DNA of 64,000 nucleotides from the human T2T-CHM13v2.0 reference genome, Homo sapiens, in assembly GCF_009914755.1 (NCBI RefSeq), contig NC_060926.1, one strand, 5' to 3'. The notes beneath the pieces were generated by a model. The model was not told the origin of the DNA and did not search any database. It worked only from the letters and a program-made list of their open reading frames with translations. Both the position numbers and the translations under genes were made by a program. Below, in pieces: positions 14,718-29,922 of the stretch (positions are counted from its first letter, which is position 1; every line of letters begins with the position of its first letter).

Positions 14718-15599
14718 GCCCTAAGAGTGAGTTTTTTCTCTTGGCAGGGGTTCTTGAGATCAGGATTGGAGGATTAAAACTTCAGGCCTTTCTTTTATTA
14801 GTCTCACAGAGTGACTGGTTTGATTTGTGTTTTAGAATTAGAATCACCTTCTTCACCAGACTTCCTTTGCATGAAGCAGTAGGAGCAAGTGGCTGCTTGA
14901 CCGGCTTGAGCTCTAAAGTGTGTTTGTGGTATGAAGTGTTCTCAGAGGAACCGAAATCGGTGTGGTCACACATCATCAGTGCCTCTTCATACACCCACGC
15001 TCTCCTGAAGTTTGCTGTTTGTATTGCTTCCAGTGCGTGTTGCTGTTCAACAGTACCCTTGGTTTCAGCGTAGTTGCTATGATGAAGAAAACCTGTTAGA
15101 ATCTGCCTTTTTTTTTTTTCCAGAACTGTTGGAAACATTGAATAATTCCATGTACTCTAAAAGGAAATAAAGTCTTTTGGGTAATTTGGACCCAAAGACT
15201 CCTAAGGAATCTAGGAATTCAGTTACATAGAAGGTCACTTCTTTCACTAGCTTTTGCCTCCAAACCTGCAGGAGAAAACCAGCTGAAGAGGAATACTCAT
15301 ATGAGTGGGGACTGCACCTGAGCACCTCACGAGGCTCCTTTCAGAACCCTCAAACCGACCATTCACAATATTCACGTGGACTAGGTCTGGGTCATTTGGA
15401 GAGAGAGAAGGTGTGGGCTGGCTGAGGTGTCTGGGTGGTTTCTAGTCAGTGTTTACACTCCGGGGCTTGCGCTGCGGCTCCTGCGCCTGTCATGCACCCA
15501 GTTTCCCAGAAGCTTCCGGGGTTAGGTTGTCAGTGTTGAGAGGCAGTGCTAGTTCAGACTTGACCTTGTGATGGTCTGTGGGGGAGAATGTTTTAGGCC

Positions 15600-15830
15600 C
15601 TGGGACAGTGCAGTTTAATGACTGAAACAGGAATCTTTGAGTCAAATCAACTTGGGTTGGATCCACACACTCTTATTGGTTGTATTGTTTGGTCAAGTCG
15701 TTTAACTGCTTTAAGACTCAGTTTCCCCATCTGTAAATGGGTATAATCACAATACATGCCTCATAGGGTTGAGATGGAGGTTAATAACACATAATGTGCT
15801 GGGTAGGTACTCCAACGTCAGTTGTTAGTA
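15600..15830 (+). mobile_element. MIR
   Basis: ctcagtttccccatctgtaaatggg core. Confidence 0.75.
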
Positions 15831-18829
15831 ATAATTATATTACATAAATAGTTGAGAGACTGAGCTTTACAATACAAGCAAACATTTTTATGTCCTAGCT
15901 TTTTTCTTTTGTAAACTCGTAAAAGTCTTTATTATTAGAGTCAAAGTAGGTTTAAAACGCTTACGTTTCTGTGGACAAGATTAAGGCAACATGAAGTACA
16001 TCTGGCTCATGCTGTAGTTCACCAGGTCTGTTTGTTGCTATGTCCACAAAAGAATGTGGGGAGAAACGTTAGCAGTGTGGGTGCTTCCTGCCTCCCTCCC
16101 TGGCCCTCTGTGTCCAGTCTGCCCTTCTGCCCTCCCTCCCTACACATCTCTGTGTCCACTCTCCTTGCTGTTCTCTCTGTCACCACCCTGGCTAGCTCAA
16201 GCTGCTGTCTGTTCCATGGACTGCCATGTGGCTCTGCACAGCTGTGCTGGTCCTTACCCTGGGGCCTTTGCTGCCTCAGAGAGAGGGGTCCTCAGCAAAC
16301 AGGTGGGATCTTGTCAGTACCCTGCTTAAGACACGGGCGGCCCTTGGCTCTCAGGGTGAAGAACACCAGGTCCTTCGAAACATGCCACCACCCATGTCTC
16401 TTGTCTCATTTCACCTCCTAGCCCTCCCCTCAGCCACAGGGTCAGGCCCTCTTGCTTTTGAGCCTGGTTTCTTGGATCAGATCCAGTGTTTCTGTCTCAG
16501 GAAGCTTGCCCCTGCTGTCCTGCTCCCCTCCCTGCTGTCGGCATCCACTCTGCACCCTACTTTCTACTGCTTGACATGTTTTAAATTGTGATTATATGGT
16601 TGATACCAGTGTCCCCTACTCGACTGCAGGCTCCACGAGGCCACTGAGTCTCTGCTGCTAAGAGCAGACCCCAGCCTAGGTTAGACGCTCACTAAAGGTG
16701 TGTGAGGTGCACAGCTGGGTTGGGGGCACACCAGGCACCCTTCTGTGTTGTTTCTTATACTTGGCTGATGACAGACTCTCCGCATGTGACTTTTGCTTTT
16801 TTCTCATCCGCTTTAAACCTGTGTTCCCGGTTTGGAAGGCCCATGCCTCTGGCAGTCTCATCCCCTTGACAGGTCCTCACCATGCTCGGGCGCCTCCTCC
16901 ACGCGAACTGCCCTGAACTTGCTCTCTCACCACCCAGACCCTGCCTAGGCTTCCAGTCTCTGCCAACCAGAGATGTCCTGGTAGACACTCTTCCAGATGC
17001 TGGGGAGGGTGTGGACACATACAATGTATGTACATATGTGGTCTTTGCATGTGAAATAGAATCTCTTAGCTTGTATCCTATGGTCTTTTTTTCATTCAGT
17101 GGTAGATCATGAACACACATTTTTATGCCAAATACATGTTTACATTATCATTTTCAGTTGCCATCAGTCACTCTGGCATAGTAACACTACATAGGAAATA
17201 AAAGTTTTTGGAAAACTTTTGTCTTTAGGGCTAGATACCCTTAAATTTCTAAATTAGATTTGTGTCATTGAATTGAACTTTTATATCGGAGTTAGGAAAA
17301 AATAATAAATAAAGGGATAATACAGATATCAGAAACGTGGCCACACAGCTTGTTATGTGTGTTGTTGCCTTTAAGATTAGACTGCACACAAAACCTGGGG
17401 AGTATTTTGATAACCTGGTAAAAACAATTTTGAAGTGAAAGTTGATGTGTTGACAATATTGGCTATAGTCATGAACCTATACTGGGGTGGGGCAGGAATT
17501 GTGGTTTATTTTTTAAGACACACCCCTTGAATTCCAGGGCAGGGAGAAGAACCGTTTTTGTTCTTTCTGGTCTTCAGAATATCGGAACTGTTAGCTTGCA
17601 AGTAACTGTTACGTTTCTCCTCTCACACAGAAGTATTTAACCTATTGGATTTTTTTGTAATGACGATTTAGTTTAGAAATATGCTGAGCAGATATAGATA
17701 CGCTAGAATCTATAGCGTATAGTTGTATGTATAGTTGGTCAGGCAGAACGGATAGAAACAATATCTAAAAAGTGATTTCAATACATATATATGTATCTAG
17801 TTTTAAGTCAAATTATGGGAAAATCTGGATTTGTGGAAAGCTCTCATTTGTGAAGAGTACCACTAGAATTCCTTTTAAAAATAAGTTCATTTAGGGAAAG
17901 AAAAATTATTCTATGTGCTAAAGTTTTAGCTTTATATGTAGTTTTCCAGAAGCAAGTTTACTACATTGAGTGAGATACCCTCTATTTTGCCCTCAGGGAG
18001 GAAAAGTGCAGTCCTGCTGCAAGCTTCTGTCTGTGTTCCTTCCCTGAAAGGTCAGCGCTCTGTTGAGGAGGACCCTCTGTTCTCTTTGGGTCGGGTGGGG
18101 GGTATGGTGGGGCTAGGGTGATCAGCATGCCTTTTTGTGGTCCTTATCTACTCTAGAGCTCTTATCCTCAAGCAGCTTTGTGACCAAAGAAAAGGTGTTC
18201 ATGGAGAAGGATCTGGGGAGCCCAGAGGCTGTTCAGGGTTCTCCTCCACACCCCAAAGGCCTGGCACACTGATGCCTTTGGGAAATTGCTGAATGTGCAG
18301 AGCCTGCCCATGTGTACCTGCTTTATTCAGGAATGAGATTTCTGACTATATGAAGAAGGAGAAAAGTGTGCTTAGTCAGGGAGTCATGTTGCACAGGTCC
18401 TGTCTGAAAACCAAGTAATGTTAGCCTGCAGAGAAGACCATGGAGGTCACCTAATTCAGCCACTTCTGATTCAAGTGGAACAATGGAGGACTGTGATAGT
18501 TAAATGACTTCCTGTGTACTTATAAGGTAGTCACAGCAAGGGAGTTTCCAAACGTGGAACTGTCAGCTAAATGTCTACTGGTCACCTCTTGTATCCTTCC
18601 ACTAACCTACCTTGTACTCTCCCTTGGCCCCTTGAAAACGTGGGATTGGATAGGTTACTTAGAATTTCATTCTAAATTATTTGGAAATATACCTGGAAAA
18701 TTTGCATATTGTATCAGTGGCTTTTGAGAACATTTGATAATGGTCTAAATTGAAGACTGTTGATGGCCCCATGTTGCTGGTTGTGGAAGAGGCTGCTGTA
18801 TGAGAATGACACAGGCAAGTTTGCATGGG

Positions 18830-19143
18830 CTTTTTTTTTTTTTTTTTTTTTTTTTGGATATAGGGGTCTTACTCTGTCACCCAGGCTGGAGTGCAGTGGT
18901 GTGACCATAGCTCACTGCAGCCTCGACCTTCCAGGCTCAAGTGATCATGATCCCCCCATCTCAGTCTCCCTCGTAGTTGGGACTACAGGCACTCGCCACC
19001 ACGCCCAGCTAATTTTGTATTACTTGCAAAGATAAGGTCTCACTGTGTTGCCCAGGCTGGTCTCAAACTCCTGGGCTCAAGCTGTCTGTTCACCTCGGCC
19101 TCCCACATTGCTGGGATCCCAGGCGTGAGCCACCACACTGGCC
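18830..19143 (-). mobile_element. AluJ-like
   Basis: Reverse Alu with atagctcactgcagcctcgacc. Confidence 0.93.
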
Positions 19144-21178
19144 TCACATGAGCTTTAATGACAGCTCAGCCTGTCCAGTCAGATGTGTCAGAGGTCCAGG
19201 AAGCCTGATTAAGGAGAAAGTTCAGAGGGGCTTGTAGACAGTTGCAATATTATCTGTTTGTGAGTGGGACCATATTTTCATGATTTTTTTTTTCCACACA
19301 GTGAACAGTTTTTGTGGACAGATGCTTCTGCCTTCTCATACTCTCTGCTCCAGTTAGCTTGACCTTGAGCCTACTCGCAATGGTACATCGTTGAACCCTT
19401 TTCTGCAGCAGATATATAGCCCTGTTCTTCCTTCAAATTTATAGCCTAGAGCAGTCTTGAGAGGCCTCACTTAGGAAGACAGCTTGGCTGGCAAATAAAT
19501 GTTTGCCAGATGAATGTGTGTTGGACATAGTATGGAGGGATATTCTTGCTTTATTAGATAAAATTTGATTTTCCCTGTAAATGATTATTTATGAGATAAA
19601 ACATAAACTAAAAATGATTCATTTCCATCAAGTGCAAAGTTAGCTGCAAAACATAACATTCTTCCTTTATGTCACACAGGGAAATTAATGGCCTGGAAAT
19701 GTACAGCTGCTCAACCAGTTTACGAGCCATTAGTACCTAGTGTACTGGCAGTGAGCCCCAGTTAGCCATGGAAACCAGCTTGCAGCTTTCTTAACTCTGT
19801 ATAGGAGAAATAATTGATGATTCAGTAACATTAATGATCATATTTACAGCTTGATGTTTAATTAGGTTTCTTTACCCTCTTATATCTGAAGGGGTTAATT
19901 GCAACAGGATGCTAAAAGCTGGACTATGACAAGTTTAGGCAAAAATCCAGGCTAATTTTTTATTCTTATCACAAATGGAAAATGTTTATACTTGTGGAAG
20001 GTACTGTTCAACTCCACAAATATGAAAGCTTCAGAGTTTTAGTCTCACCAAGAAAGTAAATTTTTCCAATACTGTAGAAGAAGTGTGTCTTTTAAAATCT
20101 CATTTAGGTAACATTGAGTGTTACATGCAGAAATGAAAAAGCTTCAAAACTCTGGAGATTTCTTCTCAAACATGACATTGTAAAATGATTAGGCTCTCAA
20201 AATTAATTGGTTGAACAACTAAAACATAAAGCTTGTTTAACAAACGTGACTGTCTTCCATGTCCCTGGCCCTATAGATGCAGCGGTAAGTGGGATATGGG
20301 GTTTAGAAAGGTTTCTCGGAAGAGATGATCCTTGTAGTGAGTCTTAGTGGGATGATCAGGAGCTAGTCCTGCCAGTGATCCTTCTTCCAGTCTTACCAAG
20401 CCATATGTGCAAAGGCTAGAAAGTGAGAGGAAGCACAGTCTGTCTGGGAAACTCCTGGAGTCCAGTCCTCTCAGCTGGGATGGGGGTGTGATATCTGCTG
20501 GAGTCAAAGTACAGATTCAAGGAGAACCCAGCAGTTTGGAAAAAAGGACAGAAAGTTGTAATTAGGGCCAGACCAATTGTTAAGGCAAATGTCTTATTCC
20601 CAGTTTTTGTGAACTGTTGTTCCTCAAGAACCACTGGGCATGTGGGGGAAAGCCCCAGGAGTTTTATGAGGTAGTAATTTCCCCATCACTGCAAGTGTCC
20701 ATGAAGAGACAAACTCCCAGGTCATAGATATTGTATAGGGATGAAGCCATGGGGAAAATGACGGTGGGGAATTCTGCATTGAATGAGAGTCTGGACTGAC
20801 CTTCAAAGATTTTTTTAGAGTGCTAAAATGAAAAATATCTCTATTTGGAAACCCGCAGAAAATGCATTTATACAGGCCTCCCTCTGTACTGTCAAAATCA
20901 TGCTAAGACAGTTATTTGAAATTTGAAACCCTTTTAAATAGGGCCTGATCTGAGAATTCAGGCATAATTAATAATTCCATCTCCATGGGAAAGTACATTT
21001 GAAAGGAAAAATAGATGGGGACTCCTCCCTGTCTTTGTCATGGCCCTGCTGTGTGTCCTGGGTGTTTGCCCATCTGACCCCCTTCCCTGTGCTGATGTGC
21101 TGCTGTCTGAAGGGTGCTGGGGAGGGAAAGCAGTCCTCTCTCTCTCTCTCTCTATCTTCAGTGAAAAGATCCTGGTTA

Positions 21179-21526
<348 letters not shown>

Positions 21527-22010
21527 TCAGCTGTGGCAGTTTCATCAGAACATAAGCATTGATTTGCTGAAGTTCCTGTTTGTCAGTACAGCCTTTTTAA
21601 AAGTCAGAGGGCAAGAATTGTTTCAGCTCGTTTGTTTTATGGCTTGGTAACTGTCCCTGTTACTGCTCTCCCCCGCCCCGTCTAACCCCCTGCACATCCT
21701 TTTAACACTAGTCTCATCAAATGCAGGATTCATCCTACACAGTTAGGTGTTTCCTGTCTGGTTAACCTTTAGTAGTCACCAAGTTGTTTTCCCTTGTCAG
21801 CAAGCTGCATTAATTTTTAAAAACTCTTTTAAAAATAAGCAATTATTTACATTTCCTATGGAGACAGGTCATATTTAATGTTGGGATTTCTGTATTTACA
21901 ATGAATATACAATTGATTTGTGTTTTATTCATTAGGCGTCTATTCTGTGTTGATGGTGGGGGAAAACAAGGAAGATTAGTGGTTGTTTCTGTTCTTTTTT
22001 TTTTTTTTTA

Positions 22011-22394
<384 letters not shown>

Positions 22395-23779
22395 CTAAAT
22401 TGTTTGGTATTTAAATCTTCTACATTCTATTTGTTTTTGAGTGGCAATATATTCAAAGTTCAGAAGGTGTAGAGTGGTGTGTGTAGTGGAAATGCTTCCT
22501 TCTGCTTCTGTCTCCCCAGGTCCCTCAGAAGCAGCCAGTATTACCGGTTTTTTGTATACCCTCCCGGAGACAGATGTAACTGTCAACTGATTTTTTAAAA
22601 CGTGTTTCATCACTCATTAAATCTAGTGTAGTGACAAAAATGGTAAATTTTTTCCCTGCATCTTTAAAAACATATGCTGTGTTTGAATGGCAATTATGAA
22701 AAGTCATTTGTTTTTCCTGGGGCCGTGGACCTAGCGTAACAAATGGTAGCCCTCAGGGGAACTAGCATCTGTGTCCTAAGTGAAGGAATAAGATGTAGAC
22801 TTCCCTTTCCTATGGGTTGCCTTAATTTTTGTATATATAGAGCAGATTCTCTCAGAGATGGGAATAACTCTCTAGCTCTTAGTGTAAAAATATTATCAGA
22901 CCCATTTCTCTGTGTTCTTGTCGAGAAGGTTCTAAAAGGAAAAGAGGCTGGTATAAATTGCCCAGAGAAAAATTCCTAGAACCATTTAGTCAAACTACTG
23001 GCTAAGATCTTGCTGGGAGGTAGCCTGTATTTGTGGTGTGGTCCTGTGTTCCCAGTGGGACTGAAGTGGATTGGAGGGCCGTGCTGTGCCTGCTGTTGGG
23101 TAGCATCACTTTGAGCTGGATGACGAAGGACTTTCCCCAAACCTGTCCTCTGTTGTACACATCCCCACACCCAAAACCTTCCTAACATTGTCACTTTCCG
23201 AGGTCAAATGTACAGATAAATACAGGGTATATAGGACCCATTCCACCTTAAAGCCAACAGCATTGTGTCAGCCGGGGTGGCCTTTCCTACGAGAGGGCAT
23301 TATTCACAGCCAGTAATTACAATGAATGAAGGAAGAAACCATCTTCCTTTCAGTTATGAATTCTTCAGTAATATTTAATGAGGGGTGGGTGGACCAAAGA
23401 CACTTCCTTCCCTTCTGAAGAGGATTTAGAGTGGAGTGGTAAGGGGGAGGAATTGGACTGCTTCCCTTTAGAATTCTGCCCCTCCTCTCCTTTTTAAGGA
23501 AAATGTCCCTAAGGAGCTCACTATAACCAGGCGGTTCTTTAAACTGACAACTGCCTGTGAAGTGTTGATGGATTTCCTGGCAAATAAAACAGCAGGACCC
23601 TTCTTTAGCGACTACCTTACTGGAGCTTTTTAGCCCAATTTTAGTTCAGAGTGGTCCTGGCAAGGTTTTTAAAGGAATTGGTGTGATTATTCATAACAAT
23701 TAAATTTTGCTTATTAATAAACAAGTAAGTAACCTGCCTTCTTGGTCACCGCTTCCCCCCTCCCCAAGGTGCGAGGCCC

Positions 23780-23988
23780 AGAGATAAGGCAAGTTGTGCC
23801 TTGCTGAGGAGGGTGTGTACCAGTGAGAAACAGGAAGCTGTGCTTCAGCAGCTTGGTCTGCCTGGAGGTTTCTAAGGCTGAGTCAGGTGTGCTGAGGTCC
23901 CTCGGCAAGGGACGCTGCTTTCCCCTGGCAGCCACACTGCTGAGCATAAATGCTTTAAAGTGTCAGCAATTGATGTGTGGAGAGAAGT
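23780..23988 (+). promoter_or_regulatory. Candidate promoter/5'UTR of the MTALQ first exon
   Basis: Repeat-free; AGATAAG (23782), ACAGGAAG (23830) and TGAGTCA (23879) lie just upstream of the ATG. Confidence 0.5.
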
Positions 23989-24095
23989 ATGACTGCATTA
24001 CAGCTTAAAGAGCTTTCACATTCAGGTCTCTACAGGAGAAGACGAGATCGCCCCGATAGTTTGAGAGTAAATGGGTTACCAGAGGAAGAGCTAAG
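23989..24095 (+). CDS. LIMS1: LIMS1 alternative first coding exon (MTALQLKELSHSGLYRRRRDRPDSLRVNGLPEEELS...)
   Basis: Translated by hand: 35 codons plus AG, then donor GTGAGT at 24096. AG|C gives Ser in frame with the exon at 62196. Recognised as a LIMS1 isoform N-terminus. Confidence 0.9.
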
Positions 24096-26983
24096 GTGAG
24101 TGCAAAGTCATGGTTGGCTAAAGGTCAAGACATCTAATCTAGTAAGTGCAGTGGGGATTCATGCCTAAGTGGATGCAGCGTTGGGAAGTACTCATTGAAA
24201 AGTAGCCTCTTAGTCTGTAATTAAAAACTGAACACAATATCAAGATTGTACTGATTGGAACTGTGCAAAACCAGAATACTTTTGCCCATTTCTTCACAAA
24301 TCCTTTAAGTTGTTTTACCCCTTCTCCAAACCTACAGTGTTGTTATGTCTTTAAAAATTATATAATCACCAGAAATATTTTAAATTGAAAACAACTGATT
24401 TTTCCACTTAGTTTAAAGAGAGTTTTCTTTGGCTGATTGGAACATGTTTTTGTCTGTGTTTTGATGAAGGTGGGTAGTTTGTGGTGGTTTGGGGTTGGGG
24501 GAGGGGTGCCATGGAGATTGTTACTGAAATGGTGTAACAAAGGAATGCAGTGGAACTATTCAATGTAGCCTAGGAAGGAAGGACATCAAAAACCTGGAAA
24601 CCTTTTTAACTAAAAAGGTTAGAGTTCTTGGCTTTCAAAGTGAATTTCCCTAAAACAACACAATTTTATTTTTTTGTTGCAACTACTGAAAATTTCTTAG
24701 ATTTGAGGTTCTGAAAGCCTCTACAACATTAAGCCTATGTGTTAAAATACTGCATTAACTGAAGGGTTTAGATTTTCCCTGTTCCTGGGATGTTCCTGTT
24801 TTACTGATGACAGAAGGCTGCAGTAAAGAGAGACTTCCTTTTTTTAAATTACATTTACTGTTTAGTACTTTAATTTGGAGGTCTTGATTTAAGTGTTTGA
24901 ATATTCTGATTAGATGGCGGGAAGGCTATCTATACTTTGTGTACTATTGTTCTTTTTCCTACAAACTAACTTCCAGAGTTTATTTTAAATTCTCTATTTA
25001 AATGTAACAAGGACAAATTGACAAGCTTCAACTTCTCTATTAAATTTGTATTTGTCACAGACAGCTATACTACAGTAACTGTAATTTGCTAAAGAAACAT
25101 TTATTTTAAAATTGTTGACTCACCAATTTTTGAAGAGGGTAGCATTAAAGGACTATTACTGACACTAACATTATTAGAACTTATCGCCTACTATGTCAGG
25201 TGTCTCTTAGCTACATTTAATGTATTAACTTTGAATTGACTGGATTAAACAATTTAAAAGTCTCAGAGTTTAAATTGTTAAGAAGTTTGTATGTGAGGTT
25301 AGTGAAAATATTGAGCTCTATATTGCTAACCAGATAGACAATTGGAAGTGACCTCTGAAACCAACATTTATTGGTAGACTCCAGTCTACAATGGATCCAA
25401 GAGTGAAGTTACCAAAAACAGTTTTAATTTCAGATTTCGGGGTTTGGAGGAATTTCCTTTTTTAAAAAAATTAAGTTATATAAAAAAAATTCTAAACCAA
25501 CCTTTTCTTTATTTTCAGACAATAGCCAAAGTACTCATGAGTAAAATAACGTATATGCCAAGGAAGTAGTTATTTACATAGTTATAATGCTCTTTCAAAC
25601 AACTAGATTTTTTTTTTTTTTTTTTGCTTAGAATTTAATTAAAAGAGGAAGAATAATTCTTAAGTATTGCCTGTTCTAGTTGTTTAAAGAGAAATATTTT
25701 GTCACCCATTCTGGTGATGTAGTTATCTGGTCATAGAAGGGACTTGTATTTCTGCCACTTTTGTCTCCTAATGTAGAGAAAATGATCATTTTCCTTATTC
25801 AGAAGTATAGGTTAGCCAAGAAAGGTAAACCATTGTCTGTTTATGCCTGGATTTTTTTTTTAATCAGCTTAGGTGTATTTTTTTTTACCCTAGTTATACT
25901 AAGCCTATTTTCAGGATTAAATGAGGTTTCTGAGCTAATAGGAATCAAAGAGAGTAAGGACTTTGAAGTTAGGTACACCAGAGTTTCAGTACCACTCAGT
26001 TGGACAAGTTATATAATTTTTTTAAGTCTTGGTTTATTCTTTTTTTAAAAAAATAAGGATAAAAATAACTACTATTATTGAACATTATTTACTCTCTCAC
26101 AGAACTCAAACCACCAATTCAGTGAGGCAGGTGGCATTGTTATCTTGCGAATAGTGCCATACAGTTAATTCATTGTTTAATTGTTATTGAGTGCCTACTA
26201 TTTGCAAAGTAAAGATACAGTGAGGAATAAGACACAGGCCTCGCCACAGGAACACCCACCTAGGTTTGGGCATATTTAATATGACCACAGATTTTCTCTC
26301 CATGAACAATTATTTGATTTTGAATACCTGTGCTATCAAACATCTTTCATACTGTCTCAAGTATTGCATAAGACCCATTCCAGCTCTCATTCCTTCTTAC
26401 TCAAGTGTTCATTTCTTATGTTTGTGGACTCTTAACAGAAAAACTTTCAGAGACTAAAATTGGCCATGGCCACTGCCAGAAAACATTTTTTGCTCTTAAA
26501 GTTTAAATAAAAGGCTGTGCTCTGAAACATGAGATGCACGTGCTTAAAGAGCACTGTAATACACATGAAAATAGTTCTGGCGTCAAACTTGAAATTGTTC
26601 AAAACCGAAGCAGGTAAAAGGTGGCATGACAAACACTGGGCTTCCTAGACTTTTGTTTTAAAGTATTAAATATGACTTGAAACTGACTTTATTCACATAC
26701 TTTGTACAGTGGAGCATTACCCACTGTGTTTGTGGTTACAGTTAGAGTGAAGTGACACAAGTGACATGCTTGTTCCAGTGGGTCGGAAGCCCCAGACCTT
26801 CACAAGGCATTGACCCTTTTTTCCCTGAAGTTTTTGGTGTCCCAAAATAACATCTAAGATATACCCATGTACCTACACTTACTCCTTTAGCTATTCTATC
26901 TTTTAAATTATGTTGCATTCAAACATAGTTGTTTTTTGACAATACCTGAATGACAAACACACCTGAGAAATTCCTGCCCTTTA

Positions 26984-27730
<747 letters not shown>

Positions 27731-27733
27731 ATA

Positions 27734-28059
27734 TAGGGGCAGGTGAACTTATGACCCTCAGGCCAAATCTGGCCTGCTGCCTTTTTGTGTATGGCCCATG
27801 AGCTTGGGATGGGTTTTACATTTTTGAATGGTTGAAAAAATAATAAAAATATTTTTCACATGTGAAATATATGAAATTCAAATTTCAGTGTCCACAAATG
27901 AAGTTTTACTGGAACACAGCCATGCTTATTTGTATGTGTTGCCTGTGGTGGTTTTCTGCTACGCTGGCAAAGTTGAGTTGTGACACAGACCAATGTGGCC
28001 CACAAAGACAAAAATTATTTACCTTCAGGCCCTTCACAGAAAACCTGGGCTGACCCCTG
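27734..28059 (+). mobile_element. MER58B-like hAT-Charlie element
   Basis: Termini (t)aggggc.../...gacccctg; ggccaaatctggcc; atgaaattcaaatttcagtgtcca. Confidence 0.88.
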
Positions 28060-29527
28060 GTCTAGTGCTGAGATAAGAACTCCTAGAGCTTTCCCTTTTC
28101 CCTGTTCCTTCGGCCATGCTTCTGCCCTCCTCACTCTCTCACCTCCCAGTTAGGTTTATCTTGCCTGGATAAAATCAGGGCTACGTCAGCCATTTGAAAA
28201 GAATATGAATCCCCCCCCCCAAAAAAATGCAGTTTGAAATTTGTATCCCTAATAGTTTAGGAGTAAAGTGAAAATGGGAAGTTGCCACACAGCAGCAGTG
28301 AGCTCTTCGCTTCTTAGACCTCCTTTCCTCCTTTCCTGCAGCGTTGACCTTGAAGTAGTACCCTTCTCCTGATTCCTGGATGGATCAGGTTAACCAAGAA
28401 TGGAAGTGCAAAGAAATGTAACCTTTACTTTCTGGTTATAGAATAAACCTTCCAAGCTCATATTTTTATAGATATAGCATATAAAATCATTTTTAAGTGG
28501 TGGGAATGTCCTTGCTTTGGTTTGAGAGTGAAAACTCAGATCATGTGTTCCTGACTAGTACATAACCATTAATTGAACCCCTGTTATAGGCCAGGCACTG
28601 CATTAAGTAAGGGCTTTTGTGTGTGTGGGCCCACCATGTCTCATGATCCCGTAAGAGAGAAAGAACTGAAGGCTATAAAGGTGGTCATTGTTATGAAACC
28701 AGTTTCTGTCCTTGATTCAAATAAGTTAGTGCTTAGAATTCAGTCAACGTTGGAGTAGCTCAGCCTAGGCTGTGTGTTTCTTGCATACCTCTTTTGCAGT
28801 TTGCTGATCACTTTTTGGCCCAACTTTTAACTGAAAAATTATGTTTGTATTTTAGTTTTAGAAATGTAGTCTGTTAGACAATAGGGATAAAATTGCAGTT
28901 TTGCCTTTATCTTATTATCTGATATTATCTGTTCTTATTATTTGGTGGTTCAGTGAGGGTACATTTAGTCTTCCCAACAATGAGCAAACACATGGGACAA
29001 TTAATAAGAAATATTTTTCTCTTTGCTATAGGAAAGAGAAAAACCACTTGCTAGTGTTGCTTTTTAAAAGTTCATAGTGCTTACTCCTATATGTTTGATT
29101 GTAACCTACAAGTACTTATATTGTAATAACTGGTTTTACAGACCCCCTCTTCACCCACTCTCACCTCCCACCCCCATATAATAGAGAGGGGATTCTTCAA
29201 GGCAAGAGACTTTACCATATTTCCTGTGCATCTAGCACGTACTGCAGTTCAGAATCTGTTTCTCATTGAATGAGTAAAGGAATGAGAAACTAAACTGGCC
29301 TAAAGGTACCTCTTTTATTCTAGATTAAACTCTTTACACTCTACTTTTTAAGTCTTAATTATTAACTTTTTATTTATGTACAGTATCACACTGAGAGAAG
29401 CCTAAGAGACGGATGTATCTATCAGAGTATAGATCATGATTATTTTGCTTTTCTCTTTCAGTAGTTTTGGAAAGCTTAGTTTCCAAAGGGAAATGTATTT
29501 TTCAGTCATCTAAAATATTTCTGCATA

Positions 29528-29922
29528 TAGTCATGTGCTGCATAAAACGTTTCAGTCAACGAGAGACTACAAACATGACAGTGGTCTCTTAAGATTACAA
29601 GGAAGTTGCCCTATGCAGATGTACCATTTTAATCTTTTAAACCGTATTTTTACTATACTATAATATTTTTAGCTATTTTATATATACACTTAACTGTTGT
29701 GTTACAGTTGCCTACAGTATTCAATACAGTCCTGTGCTGTACAGGTTTGTGGCCTTGGAGCAACAGGCTATACCACGTAGCCTAGGCATGTAATAGGCTG
29801 TACTGTCTAGGTTTGTGTATGTTTATGTGAACATTTGTATATTTATGATGTTCACACATGACTAAATCACCTGATGATGCATTTCTCAGATCATATCCTT
29901 GTCATTAAGCAATGTATGACTA
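29528..29922 (-). mobile_element. Tigger3-type TcMar DNA element
   Basis: Terminal inverted repeats agtcatgtgctgcataa / ttaagcaatgtatgact; internal gttgcctacagtattca..tgtacaggtttgt. Confidence 0.85.

Noticed and set aside
16032-17120. Cluster of overlapping 120-130 aa ORFs
   Set aside because: Mostly non-ATG starts, composition typical of pyrimidine-rich intron, no recognisable domain or exon structure.
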